Shown here one piece after another: positions 38,651-52,283 of a DNA stretch of 64,000 nt. Under the pieces are notes generated by a model. The model worked only from the letters and a program-made list of their open reading frames with translations. It was not told the origin of the DNA and made no database searches. The stretch covers positions 107,882,001-107,946,000 of the forward strand of contig NC_058373.1 of assembly GCF_018350175.1 (NCBI RefSeq), given 5' to 3'. A program made the translations under genes and the position numbers. How positions within the stretch are numbered: the stretch's first letter is position 1; each line of letters opens with the position of its first letter. Source of the stretch: Felis catus. Its lineage: Eukaryota.

Positions 38651-39587
38651 AAAAATGTAATTTAAAATATTTCGGTAGGTGTTTGTAGATAGGAGAGGAG
38701 AGCTGAGAAAAGAATTCTACGTAAGAGTGGAGAAGGGTGGCAGAAAGTCAGAAAGAAGAATCAGAAGGAAGTGGTTTCATGGGAACCATGCCCACATGAA
38801 GTCAGTTCACCGCAGGTCTGGAAGCTGTACCTGGATCTGGGATGAGACTGTTGGTGTTGCTGTCTTAGTCTCTGCTCCGGTCCTTGCAACTTTAAAGGGC
38901 CCATCAGAACTCCACGTAACCAACTGAAGCTTCTCTACAAGGCCAACACGATATCCTCTCCCCTGGCTAAACCCTTAAAACTATTGGTGATTGCTTTCCC
39001 ATCTTATTAGACTCTGCCTCTGTTACTTTGGTCTCCCTACCTTTATATAAGTCAAGTCTGCGTCTTTTTTCCTCCATGGACAGCTGAGATCAGTATGTGG
39101 CCCATAGTGCAGAAGGGGTTTGGAAAGGGGCTATGGGGGCGTCGTTTGCTTGAGCACATCTTATTCCCCAGATGAAGGGCCAGAGAAGAATGCGCTGTGG
39201 CTGTGCTAGAAGGAACAAAACTCAAAATAGCACATGGAATGCACATTCCAGGTGGAAATTCGGCAGGTACTATAAGACTGTAGAGCAGAGGCAAGAACAG
39301 ACTCTTGGCTAACAGATTCCCAGGCATCCTCTCAAGGCAGACCGAATATTCTTGGCCTGATTTGCTGCTTCTCTAACTGAGTAATTATTTAGACAACTAT
39401 AACCCAGAATCTCCTCTTGTGAGGCAGACATGTCTAATTCATCCACAGATCATATGGAGAGATGAAATCTTGCCTTCTTTAAGAGGGTGCAAAGTTTAGG
39501 AACCTCTGTCATGAAAAATGATCTAAATAAGTAAATGGCATTTTTACTCTATCCAATAGCCCTGTACAAACTAAATCCATTAATATG

Positions 39588-39786
39588 TTTTTTATTTTAT
39601 TTATTTTTTTTTTGAGAGAGAGAGCAAGCAGGGGAGAGGGGCGGAGGGACAGGGAGAGACAATCTTAAGCAGATTCCATGCTCAGCGCAGAGCCCTGCAT
39701 GGGGCTCAATCTCATAACCCTGGAATCATGACCTAAGCCAGAATCAAGAGTCAGACGCTCAACTGACTGAGCCACTGAGGCACCCC
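39588..39786 (-). mobile_element. Can-SINE
   Basis: Reversed element; TSD core taaatccat on both sides. Confidence 0.9.
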
Positions 39787-40549
39787 TAAATCCATAAGTA
39801 TCTTTAATAGACCTTCTATGTGGTGCTTAAACCAAAACCTTTACACAGAGAGTTGTACCATGTGAAATAATAATTTTAAAAAATCCTATTGTGCATATTT
39901 TTAAGTGATGAAACCTTTTCTAAAAAGGAAATTATAACCTAAGATATCTTCTTGGTAAACCAAAGTTCAGAATTTAAATTTGTGAATTTAATTCAGAATC
40001 AAAACACTATGACCAGTTGGCAGTAATCTGTTCTAAGATGCCTGTGTTTCCAGGCTAATAAAAATGATCTTTATCATAAAGTATCCTAAGTAGATACTCA
40101 TACCATCCTCTTATTTCCATTAACTTAAATAGAGGTTCAGCTAATTGTAGGACTTCATAGAAATAGCACTGAAAATAGTATGCATCTGTTAAAAAAATTC
40201 ACAGTTCAATGACTAAGTACATCAGGAAATATTATGTAATATAAGTGGAAAAGGAAAGATACATTTTTCATGTTCTCTTTTTCTCTTCTTTAAAGAGTGG
40301 TAAGTAGGACATAAGGGGTAAACAAATTCTAATTAAAAACACCCTTGTTAAATTTCTTGTTTGCCCTGAAATCTCCAGTTCCTTGTATGCTAAAAGCCAC
40401 AAACGGTTTTGTTTCCCCTTGTATTTGGATTCTGTCTCTGGGTATCAGGATTATAGATGATTTTATTTTCATTTTATTTATTTTTTTCCTCGGTTTTCTA
40501 TGTATTTACTTTATAACTACATTTGAACTATGAACCTGTAATTACTTTT

Positions 40550-40653
40550 GCTCATTCTTTTAATGTTTATTTATTTTGAGAGAGAGAGTGTGTGCACAAG
40601 CCAGGAAGGGGCAGAGAGAGAGAGGGAGACAGAGAGAGGGAGACAGTGAGGGG

Positions 40654-40703
<50 letters not shown>

Positions 40704-40829
40704 CCCAAGGAGTCTCCCTGTTGTCAACACAGAGCCCAATGCGGGGTTTGATCCCGTGAACCATGAGACCATGACCTGAGCTGAAATCAAGAGCTGGATG
40801 CGCAACCGACTGAGCCACCCAGGCACCCC
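40550..40829 (-). mobile_element. Can-SINE with expanded (GA)n
   Basis: TSD tgtaattactttt at 40537-40549 and 40830-40842. Confidence 0.93.
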
Positions 40830-41565
40830 TGTAATTACTTTTAAAAACAGAGAAAAAAACCACAAAGCTTTATTCTTAAAGGGAAATGAAGTGGTGTGTG
40901 AAGCAGGTCTGCTTCTCATTTCGAGCTCTTCCATGCACTATTTTAACTGCAGGTAAGGCAGTTTACGTCGTTGCCCTTACATACACTAAATGGGTAGAAC
41001 TGATCTTGGCAGTGGGTTCCAGCTTTTGTGACGTTCTAGTTCAAATCGTCGTAGAAACCACAAATGGCCTCCTGCCACGTTAGCTCTCCAAGAGGTTATT
41101 TACCCTTTGCCAGGTCCAGGCACTACGCTTGGTGGTAGCAGAGATGTGCCATTTCCAGCCGGGCTCTGCCTTCAGAGGTTTCAGGTCCTTTACAGAAAAC
41201 AACACCAAGCACACAAGGCCAGTGCAGCCCAACGAGACTGGGCAAGATGTGTGTGGACCATTTTTTTTTTTTGAAAGTATAAAATACATTATGATTTAAT
41301 TGTATTTAAAACAATGCAGTTTAAAATTTTATGATAAATTTTCTCATTAATGGCAAACCACACACTTGGCTATTTTGGACTAGAGAATGTATTTGTGATA
41401 TTGATCACTGTCCCCTCTCCCCTTGGGAATTACTGAGTGCTATCATTCAAGTAAAAGTCAGACCAGAGAGGGCTCTGCCAGGAAGTGGAAGGACTTAAGC
41501 CCTGACATTGCTCTGTCTCCAGTCATGTTGACTGCTTAGTTATGCTTTAAGAATATTCTGGCTCA

Positions 41566-41763
41566 GGGGTGCCTGGGTGGCTCAGTCGGTTAAGCGCCTG
41601 AACGGCTCAGGGTGTCATCTCGAGGTTCGTGAATTTAAGCCCCGCATTGGGCTCTCTGCAGTCGGTGCCGAGCCCACTTAGGAGCCTCTGTACTTCTCCT
41701 CTGCCCCTCCTCTGCTCACTTGCACGTGTTCTCTCTCTCAAAAATAAATAAACATTAAAAAAA
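41566..41763 (+). mobile_element. Can-SINE
   Basis: ggggtgcctgggtggctcagtcggttaagcg head; caaaaataaataaacattaaaa tail. Confidence 0.92.
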
Positions 41764-42106
41764 TGAATCTTATGGTTCAAATGCCTCCCAGTGTGTTGAA
41801 CTGCAAGTTAGATTGCCTCACACAGCCCAGTCCGTTATACATGTCGGTGAGCCTTGTCACGTTTCACTACAGGTGACGATAGGCAGTGTAACTGGGAAAA
41901 GTCTTGGTCTTGGAAAGAGCCGAGTGTCCCTCCAGGTTTGAAATGTAGGTTCCTAAGGGCTTGTTATATTAGAGACATATTTCACCTTCCTGAAGACTAG
42001 TGTCCGAGCTCAGACAGGATGTATCATGCCTGTGGGCTTGAGAGAGGGGTTGCTGAGTGATTGAATTAATGTCTGATATCTTCTGGGCTGCACAAAATGG
42101 TAAGTC

Positions 42107-42107
<1 letters not shown>

Positions 42108-42146
<39 letters not shown>
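42108..42146 (+). repeat. Pure A39 homopolymer
   Basis: Directly counted. Confidence 0.95.
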
Positions 42147-42148
<2 letters not shown>

Positions 42149-42864
42149 AAGCCATTAGATTCCCTGTCCTTGTTTCTTCCTTGAAGCCTTTGTAATCATT
42201 CTTAACGTGGTTAAATTTAAGTTGTTTCCAGTTCAGGCATGGTGCAATCAGATTTCCTCATGAGGGTGCTTTTCCACTGTGACCTCTTTGACGTCAATAA
42301 CTGTTTCCTGTTGATTTGAACGCCCTATTCCCTCTGTGGATGACTTTGTTGGAGCAAAATCATAAAGCAAGGAGCACTTAGGAGAAATTCAACACAATGC
42401 TGTCTGTTACTGGAGATTTCCTTCTCCATGCCCACAACCAGTCAGTGACACTGCAGCTTTTGATACAGGGTTGGTGTGTTATTGTTTCAGAAATAATTCC
42501 AAAGTAATTGCTGAGAACTTAGGTACGTCTAGATGTGGCGCTCAGCTTAACATTGCTTTAAAACCATCACTAAATTCATTAACTGTAAATGTTGTTGCTA
42601 TTCTTTGAATTATTTCCGAAAGGTAATCTGCATCCTTGCTGTAATACATCTTCAACTGAATATTTATATCTGTTGATGACATGTACAGACTATGGATTCT
42701 TGCTGTAAACAGAAAAATCTTTTTCACTCTGTTGACAAGAGTGAAGCAACTGTATGGAAAGGGAGAAGAGCTACTACAAGAAGTCTCACTCTGATATGTT
42801 AGCAGTCCATTTGCTTTGCAACAGTATCAGTTATGATTATCAAGCTCTTAAAGTAGAGAATATT

Positions 42865-43089
42865 GGGGCGCCTGGGTGGCGCAGTCGGTTGAGCGTCCGA
42901 CTTCAGCCAGGTCACGATCTCGCGGTCCGTGAATTCGAGCCCCGCGTCAGGCTCTGGGCTGATGGCTCAGAGCCTGGAGCCTGTTTCCGATTCTGTGTCT
43001 CCCTCTCTCTCTGCCCCTCCCCCGTTCATGCTCTGTCTCTCTCTGTCCCAAAAATAAATTTAAAAAGTTGAAAAAAATTTTTTTTAAAA
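42865..43089 (+). mobile_element. Young felid SINEC_Fc-type SINE
   Basis: CpG-intact; perfect 15-bp TSD aaagtagagaatatt at 42850-42864 and 43090-43104; TT/AAAG endonuclease-type site. Confidence 0.96.
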
Positions 43090-43969
43090 AAAGTAGAGAA
43101 TATTATCATCTGCTATTAGAAACTTAGAAAACTTGCTGGAACTGAAGCCCTCGGTTGACATGTTTGGGTTATCAAATCTAGTTTTGTGACCTCTTGCTTT
43201 GTAATCACTTCCCAGAAAGCAAAGCTCTCCTTAATAGGTCAAGGTCATGACCACGCAGTATCAGAAGTGCCCCCGCGGCTGGCGTGGGTGTCCTCCTGAC
43301 TCCTTAAACCCTCCAGATTCCTGTCTCACATTCACATTGCTGTTTTGGCTGCCATCTCATTCCTGTCTACTTGCCAGCCTGAGAGGCACCGTCTCTGCAT
43401 CCATGCAGGGCAGCCTGCTGCCCAGGACAGCGCCCCCCCCCCCCAACACACACACAGAGGGGCCAGAGCCCGGGGAGCAGACGGCCGTGACGGTGGAAGC
43501 TGTAGTGATAGTGAGGATGATATTTGCTCATGCTTAGTGAACATTCACTGTGTGCCTGGCACCGTTGGACATTCTTAGCTTAAATCATGTAATGCTTGTA
43601 CACCTGTGAGTTCAGTCCTCTTATTATCCTCGTTTTGCAGATTGGAGTTTTGAGACAGAAAATAAATACAGCATAGCGGGAGCTGCTTTGGCATCTCAGG
43701 CGCCCTGGCTCCAGAGGCCCCGTGCCCTCACCACCACGCTGTGCTTTGTCTTGGTGACATCAGGGACTTGGGCACTGGGTGCAGGACCTCCTAGAGTACA
43801 CGTTAGCCTGTTTGCATGATGTACTAATAACAACAGTTTCTGCTTGTGGAGCCTCTTCTGGGCCTGGCCCTGACAAGGCACTTTGATTCTGGTTTAATCT
43901 GCACATGGTCGTTGTGGTGTGTTGTTATCCCAGATTTGTGAATAAGTGAACCTTCTGCCCCTTAAGAAT

Positions 43970-44480
43970 TGCTGTGTGTTTCAGTTAAAATTCTCCTGGT
44001 AGCAAGTAGAGAAAGCGGTTTATCCAAGGTCATGCAAAAAAGTGAGAAGTGAAAATAAAGATGTAGAGATACAGGGTGTGTTTCACAGAACCCGAGGGCC
44101 AACTTTGTCCATGTCTCTTCCGGATCTGGAAGTGGAAAGGCATGATGGGCCCAGGTGGTTTCCTTCTTGGCTCCCTCATTCGCCCTTATCTCTTGCCTCT
44201 GCCTCACTCTATGTTTCTGTTCCATCCTTTTCTCTTGTCCTTCCGTCCATCCATCTGTCCAGCCGTGCTTTCAGCACTCTGTTTTACCAAGACATGTCAC
44301 GTGGTCACACAACACAGATAACCTCAGCTTCCTAATTCACGTTTCCTCGGCTCCTGCACCCCACACAGCCTAAATTAACCTTTCCATCTCAGTTCCGATT
44401 TTCTGGGAAAGATACTGGAGAGGGGGTGGCCAGCTTGCCCTAGTTAGCTGGTGCAGGGTGTCTAGCATGCCCCCCTGTGA
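43970..44480 (-). mobile_element. Possible old MLT1-type LTR
   Basis: Opening tgtgtttcagttaaaattctcctggtagcaagt resembles the reversed end of old MLT1 LTRs; diverged. Confidence 0.4.
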
Positions 44481-44705
44481 CCATGCCAGGGCAGTTCTCT
44501 GAGAAAGGGATCAATGAGCTGAACAGACACCTCCAAAGGTACCTACCACAGTGACCCCAGGGGATCTCATCCCTGGTTCCTCTACAGTCATCCTCCTTAG
44601 GTGATGTTGTCTTGTCACAGGTTATCATCTTGGTATATCACTTTTCATCGACCCAAGTGTTTTGTCTCGAACTTTTCTGTATACAGTTGCCTATCAGTTT
44701 AATTC

Positions 44706-44935
44706 CTTTATTTTCATTTTCATTTATTTTATTTCCTTTAATGTTTTATTTATTTTTGAGAGACAGAGCATGAGTGGGGGAGGGGCAGAGAGAGAGAGGG
44801 AGACACAGAATCCAAAGCAGGCTCCAGGCCCTGAGCTGCCAGCACAGAGCCCGACGCGGGGCTTGAACCCACGAGCCTTGAGATCGTGATCTGAGCCGAA
44901 GTCAGACACTTAACCGACTGAGCCCCCTGGTCCCC
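44706..44935 (-). mobile_element. Can-SINE
   Basis: TSD tcagtttaattc at 44694-44705 and 44936-44947. Confidence 0.93.
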
Positions 44936-46103
44936 TCAGTTTAATTCTTAAAGAACAATCTTTATGAGGGCCTTTAGGGAATGCTCACTGCTCATACTGA
45001 CAGCCACTATCAGTTTGGGGGATATTTTTATCCCCTTTGACCCCTAAGAAGTAACAGCCCTGAACTGATAGCCAGGACAGATTTGGGCCAGGCTGCAGCG
45101 GGTTAATGGAGCCAGGCAGGTGATGACAGGAATTCTGTTATTAACCAGGCACCAGCTCCTTGGCCTCCTAATCCGAAGGGAGGCGTGGGACAAAGGGATT
45201 TCTGTGTTGTTTTTATTCCCCCAGGTGTTCCTCACCCGTGTTAATGACTTGCATTTGTGGTTGGTTGAATGGGGGACAAAAGAGGAGCAAGGGACAAAGG
45301 GCTGGGCCACTTGGCTTTAGAACTGAGGTTACACCGGTCTCCAGTCTCAGGGACCTTGGGTTTCTTACCTTGCAGATCAGAGCAAAATTTACCTGAGAGG
45401 AGCCAGAGGCCTCAGGGAAAGCTGTGCAGGTGTCCAGGACTCAGTTTCTAGGAGACTGGACTTTAGAAAAGCTGGAATGGCTGTCTACACAGGCTGAAAC
45501 ACAGAAACAGTTGTTTTTGTACTCACTGCCGTAGGCGGGATTTGGAAACTGTTCCCTGCCCCAGAAGTGACTCACAGGCAACCTGAATCTATTAAGCCCT
45601 GCCTCCCTAAACTCGGGGGGCCCGGCAGATGTTTCCTCTACTTGCTTCACAGCTGAGTTTGTAAAGCGTAACTTCGTGCTTGTCAGGTGGTGAGGGAGAC
45701 TAGTTCCTCAACAGCCCAGACTGCGAGTGGAGTCTAGGCAAGAGGCGATCTCCTGCCTCCTGTCACAACGTCACGTCCATGACTCTGCTTTGTAAAGGGC
45801 ACGCGCTAAGTATGAAAAGTTCCCCTCGGGTTGGTGGAACTCATTCCATGGCAGGAACATTTAGCAGGGCTGATTTGCGTTTGTAGCGGATGTGTTAGTA
45901 TGTGTGGCGGGTTCTGCTCGCGGACTCTTTTTCCAGCCAAGCACCATAGCCGCCACCTGGTTTAGCCCAGACGCTGGGCCTATGATTGTAGAGACCAATA
46001 GGTGAGTGAGCCTCTCTCTGAACAGGACTATAGCCCTGACCTTCTCAGCTGTCGGTGGCCTGAGGATGGGGTGAAAGGAAGTACCCTAACTAGCCCTTTG
46101 CTT

Positions 46104-46329
46104 TTTTAAAAAATTTTTGAGTTTACTTATTTTGAGAGAGAGAGAGAGAGAGAGAGCCCAAGGGGGGCTGGGGGACAGAGAGAGAGAAGGAGAGAGAGAG
46201 AATCCCAAGCAGGCTTCGCACTGTCAGTGCAGAGCCCGATGCGGGGCTCGAGCTCACAAACTGCAAGATCAGGACCTGAGCCGAAATCAAGAGTCGGACC
46301 CTTAACCGACTGAGCCACCTAGGCACCCC
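46104..46329 (-). mobile_element. Can-SINE
   Basis: TSD tagcc(c/t)tttgctt at 46091-46103 and 46331-46343. Confidence 0.93.
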
Positions 46330-47222
46330 ATAGCCTTTTGCTTCTTCTGTCAACACTTGATTATGAAAGCAGCATATTCCAGTGATGCCCCACATGCAGA
46401 AGCTTCAGCACTTAGGGACGGTCTCCCTTTGCAGCCATTGTCCCCTGCCTCATACCTGATAGTTCAGCTGTTCGTATACCTTGATGCCTCCCCACTCCAG
46501 CCTGACTCCTGCTTCCTCATCCTTCAAGGCTGGGCAATTAGCTCCTCTTGGAAGCTTTCCCCACGTCCCACCCCAGCCTCCAGGCTGCTCAGGTGCCCTG
46601 ATCTATTAGCACGACAGCCTCTGTGTGCCTCCACCTCTCTGAGTACACTGGGGTGATGTGCTCTATCCACACTTCTCTGAACTGGAGAGCAGGTGTGGGG
46701 TGGCATTCATTTTACAATACTTTGTCTCTCCCCAGGACCTGGTATTGCGTGTGCTCAGTAAACATTCCTTCTGGTTGAGAAGCTTAACAGTGTAAAAGAT
46801 CTCTGAAAGCCTTATTAGGTACCATAAAGCCTGCATACCAGAACTCAGACCCTTTACTCCCATGGAGCCCTGGGACCCAAACCAGGGCTGATTGTATCTC
46901 ATTTGGATGTTGTTCCAACAAGCTCGATGGCCTGGTGACTTTAGGTGTCAGAAAGGCCATTATTAGGGTGAAGAGATATGCGTGTAAACAGAGGGGCTCC
47001 TCTCAGCAAAGGCATTCTGTGAGTTGATGAACACATTTTTATTTTCCTACCTTGTGATATTATTTTAGGTCTTTGATAGGATGGACCATTACCTTTGGTA
47101 AATTGTCATTATATCTGGCTGGCTTGTTTCCCCTTCCTGCTTGCTTCAAGAGCTGTAAGTAGCCTGAGGGATGAGAGTTGTTCTAGGTGGTGCCATACAG
47201 GAAGTTAGAAGTGAAGCTCTGA

Positions 47223-47392
47223 GGGGCGCCGGGGTGGCGTTGACTTTGGCTCAGATCACGATCTCACATTTGTGGGTTTAAGCCCCATGTCAGGCTCTGT
47301 ACTGACAGCTCAGAGCCTGGAACCTGCTTCGGATTCTGTGTCTTCCTCTGTGACTCCCCCACTCATGCTAAAAATAGATAAGCATTAAGAAA
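47223..47392 (+). mobile_element. Can-SINE with internal deletions
   Basis: ggggcgccggggtggcg joined directly to tgactttggctcag; shortened CT tract. Confidence 0.85.
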
Positions 47393-48263
47393 ATGAAAGT
47401 CTAAATAAAAAGAAACCCCTATTTTCGCATTCCTGAGGCTTATGACCTTGTTGCAAATCACAGGCGGGTGTGACCCCTTGACCCTCCTACTTTTTCTGAG
47501 AACCCACCTCCAGGGCTGGGCTGAGGAACAGATGAAAGAGACAAGAAGGCAGTATTTCCTCCCCCAGATTTGGAACTCAGCCCCTGCTCTGGCTTTTCAG
47601 ACTTGAGAATATGAGAACGATTGGGGGGAAACTAGAAATGGGTGAAATTGCCCTTACAATACCCTCATCTTTCTGATGCCTACTGCCTTAGGAACTCTTG
47701 CCAACTACACTGACTTTCAGCAGCCTAAGGAATGGCCCCTTACCTACTGACCCAATTCCAGTAATCAGGTATTTTGAGCTCTTGGAATTCACGTGACTGC
47801 CAGTCACAGCCATGAAGAAGGTGAACAGGCTGGTTAACAAAAATGTGTAAGACTTACCTACTTGTCGAGGGGTGGTTTGGGTGGCTTTATCACTTGAGTC
47901 TTCATCGTGTCCCCCTTGGCCACCCCTTCAAAATGGACACAGCATTGTCATTACAGTGGCCTGTGCGGATGCAGCTCTTGGACGTATCTCCATCGAGTAC
48001 TTAGCCTCCTTCCCACTCCACTGCTACCCTGCTCTCGGGTCCTTCCCATATGGAAAATAAAGAACACCATTGCTCATCAAAGCTTGTCCTAACCACATCT
48101 GCCACTCCATTTGTCAGTCACACTCAAATGAAGGCCACTAACTCAGTCAGATGGCTCACTGTATTTAGCTTTCAATTGACTTACACTGGCCAACCTCAAG
48201 AGTTGTTTTGTTATTGTTTGGTTTTGTTTTTGTGTGTGTGAACCTTGTCGTTCCTTATGCACT

Positions 48264-48480
48264 CTTTTTTTTTAATATTTGTTTGTGTGTTTGTTTATGT
48301 ATATATGTATTTAGAGCATGAGCGAGCCTGCAAGCTACAGAGGCACACAGACCAGGGGAGAGAGAATCCCAAGCAGGTTCCACACTGTCAGCACAGAGCC
48401 TGATGCGGGGCTCAAAACCATAACCATGAGATCCTGACCTGAGGCGAAATCAAGAGGTGGATGCTCACCTAAGATGCCCC
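48264..48480 (-). mobile_element. Degenerate Can-SINE
   Basis: gagagaatcccaagcagg...ctgtcagcacagagcctgatgcggggctc...gaaatcaagag. Confidence 0.85.
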
Positions 48481-49964
48481 ACCTCCCCCCATCTTCACTC
48501 TTAAATTCATACTTCTCATTAACAGAAGTTTCATAGACCCAGGGGATTTTTTTTTCTCTGAATTAAGGTCTTACTTAAAATCAGGACTAAGAGGTCATGA
48601 GTTCTGTGTTCTGATCTGGAAGGCCCGATGAAACCAGTGGTGACTTGGGAGTGTGAGCTACAACTCGCACAGCTGTGTCCACTGCTTAGCTGTGGATGCG
48701 GGGTAATGTGAACAAAGCTGGGGCACTGAAAACCACAAGGAAAGATGAGTTGTCAGTACACATCCTTTGTGAATTGGCAAAAACCAATTTCCTACAAAAT
48801 GACATCCACCACCCCCGCCCCCCCGCCCCCAAAACGATGATGGCTGGCCCTGCGGGGTTATCCTGTAGACCTTTGCTTACATGTCACTCACTCAGAGACT
48901 CCTCCACTGACCCCCAGGCAGATGACCAGATGTCTCCTCTTCCTCCCCTTTTCCTTCACAGGATTTACCAGAATTTGTAACTTTATTTGTTTATATGACT
49001 CCTTGTTTATTTTTTTAAATCAGTGTCTGTCTCCTACCAGACTCTATATGGGTAGAGGCTGTATCTACATTATGCCTGTTCTACTCTCTTGGATCCCCAG
49101 CACCTCATTCAGTGCCTGGCGACCCAGGGACTTCGTAGATGTTAGTGGAGGGAGTAAAAAAATCCACTGATCTCAGAGGTTCCTGAAACAAAGCACTTGA
49201 TACTGTCAGTCTTACAGACATCGCTTTTTCATTGAGACTTCACGTTCCTTTTATTAAAGTCTTAATCAAGGCACTGTGTTCACACAACATGCTCAGTACT
49301 TAGTGCACTTGCATGGGGAACCGTGAGGGCCCTTTCCTCTGTGAGGTTGAGAGCTCCTTCCAAGTGGAGCCAGCATCCCACCAGTCTGCACCTTTCCACT
49401 CCTAACTCGGGAATTTCCTCATGGCCCGAATGGAATTTCTAACACTGCGGCTACTCTGAGGCTGTCGTTAGACTGCTGTTTGACAGGCTTGTCTAAAATG
49501 TTTTCCTCTTTCTGTGAGTGTTCCCTACCCAAGTGTGAGGACCTGGTAGGTGTCCCTTGCCTTCTGCAATTAACCCTGCATGTTCCAGAGGAGGGGCATG
49601 TGCCTTTCCATTTATGTTGCTCTCCTCCACATTCTGAAACCCCATGATTGGGCTAGGGATCCTGCCCTCATCCTCACTTTGCTAACGTCCGACGTCCAAA
49701 ACAAATTAAACTCAAGGTTGCGTGGCGTTTAAGTGCAGAGCTGCTACTAGAACCAAAGCCTCCGGAGACTTTCCTACTTTTTGTTTAATGCAGAGATCAA
49801 GGCTGTGTGGAATTGCTTAAAGGAGATCCAGGTGTTACGTGCCCCCCCACGGCCCCCACAAACACCCTCATGCTTTGCACTGACCCCATCAGGATATTCC
49901 ACTGACTACCTCCACTTGACGACCTCTTCTCCCCACGCCCCCGCCCAAGGTAACATGATGCTGA

Positions 49965-50177
<213 letters not shown>

Positions 50178-51702
50178 TGAGTTTTGGTCGCTGGTAACCT
50201 GTCTCCTAATTCATCCGCTGTTTGCCCTCCTGGCTTCATCCACCCTTCTGTTTTTCCTGTTAATCACTTGAAATCTTTGTAGAATTAAATTTACAAAGGT
50301 ATGTGTCCCTTAGAATAAATAACCTAGTGTTACACATTGCCTGCAAACCAGAATTGCCCCCATGTGGTGTTCATAAACTCGGCTTGAACTGCTGCACTGA
50401 GATTATTCCTGAATTCATAGAGCCAGCCCCTGCAAGGTGCTGAACACGTTGTTGCTCTCTTTTTCTGTTTTAACGTTGGAAGCCCTCCATTCCATTTTAA
50501 GGATCCATACCTACACTGAAGAGTGTGGCTGACTGTTGCCCTAAATTACTGTGATAAGAATCTCGGTCAGTTGGGGTTACAGCTCGCCAGTCAAGCAACC
50601 AAAAGGTGAACTGTTGATGAGCAGTGTCCTGCTTGATGATATTTATCATGTGTAGCCCCTCCTGAACGTTGACTCCGCGTCATGGCACACAATTTTCTGA
50701 TGATAATATACTTGGGGCTTAAAATCTGGTTGCCGCTGCTAGATCTCAAAATGCAAAGGGTTAGGAGATGAAACTTTGTTCAGACACAAGATTGGGTAAG
50801 ATGGGAAATGTAACAGTGAGTGTGTTAGACGATGTTTATTTTTAATTTTTTTCCCTGTGGTCACTGTTTTCCTCCTCTTTACTCAACTTTGTAGCTTAGT
50901 TGCCATATGAACTCTTCTTTCTCTTGAGACGCAATTGTTTCCTTTTGAGAAAAAATCATTTTTATCTTAGGAGCATGAATGTCAAAGTAAAAGAATTTCC
51001 TGATTTAAACTGGCAATTTATTAGCCTTGCTAACACTGTTCCTTTTGGGGGCTCAGAACAGTATTGACATCACTGTGCAAGTGTGAAAGAACTTTAAAAA
51101 CTGAATATCCTTAAATATCTTAGAGTCAAAACAGGAAGAGAGGAGTGAGGCTAGGAAAGAACTCATCAGGATGGATCGACGATGCCAGAAAGAAGAGAGA
51201 AAGCAAAGGAAGTATAACAGGCACGATACAGAAATGTTAATTCTCAGGGCAGAGCCCTAAAGCCTCAACTAGATGCGGCCCTTGTCTCAGCCTCAGCTGT
51301 GGGGCAGAGAAGTGGGCAAAGAGCTCGGAGCCAGGCTGGATACCAGCAGTGGGAGTCTTCCGCTTGAACCGAATCAGGAATCTCCACTCATTCTTCAGCC
51401 GCGCAGCTGCCACAGGTTGCTGTAGATGGCCTGTGCTTTGAGCTTCCTTGATCAGGCTCTCTGTTCTCCCGGAGCCTCCAGCATGGGAATTTTCCTGTCT
51501 CAGAATTCCGCCCAGTGCATGATTGGAGGGGGTTGCTGGTGGCGGAGGGAGTTCAGAGATCTTCCTGATGGTAGGTAGCATCAGACTCTGGGCCACGAGC
51601 TCTGCTCTTGTTCTCCTTTCTGTGGCTTATCCATCCATCTGCTCTCTGTTCATCCCAGAGAGAGTCTTCCCCACATTTAATTGTTAAGAATTATGACTTC
51701 CC

Positions 51703-51916
51703 GGGGCGCCTGGGTGGCGCAGTCGGTTAAGCGTCCGACTTCAGCCAGGTCACGATCTCGCGGTCCGGGAGTTCGAGCCCCGCGTCGGGCTCTGGGCTGA
51801 TGGCTCGGAGCCTGGAGCCTGTTTCGGATTCTGTGTCTCCCTCTCTCTCTGCCCCTCCCCCATTCATGCTCTGTCTCTCTCTGTCCCAAAAAAGATAAAT
51901 AAACGTTGGGAAAAAA
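51703..51916 (+). mobile_element. Young felid SINEC_Fc-type SINE
   Basis: CpG-intact; perfect 17-bp TSD aagaattatgacttccc at 51686-51702 and 51917-51933. Confidence 0.96.
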
Positions 51917-52283
51917 AAGAATTATGACTTCCCAACTTGACAGGGACTTCGGTAAATCCAAAGACTAATACCAATGATGGCAACAAGAGCTACGTGGAGC
52001 ATTTGTGACAGTCAGTCTTTACCTGAATTTCTGCCCTCATCCTTCCAGCACTATTATTATATAACAATCTTATTAGTGTTATTTAGGTGAATAACCGAGT
52101 CTTAGAAAGGCTCAGCAACCACACTGTTAATTCGTAGTAAAGCCACAATTCAAATTATACCGTTAGCCACTGGGCCACACTGCCTCCTCAGGAGAGACTT
52201 GAACACTCTACCACTAAACAGGGGACTTCTTATTCCCCTTCTGGTGATAGGGCGACTTTAATTCGTGAAAAGGAGGCAGAGCA

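Noticed and set aside
42526..42544. CTCF-like ctagatgtggcgct
   Set aside because: Spacing does not fit the core motif.
42865..42950. tRNA-like A/B-box sequence
   Set aside because: tRNA-derived SINE head followed by CT tract, A tail and TSD; not a tRNA gene.
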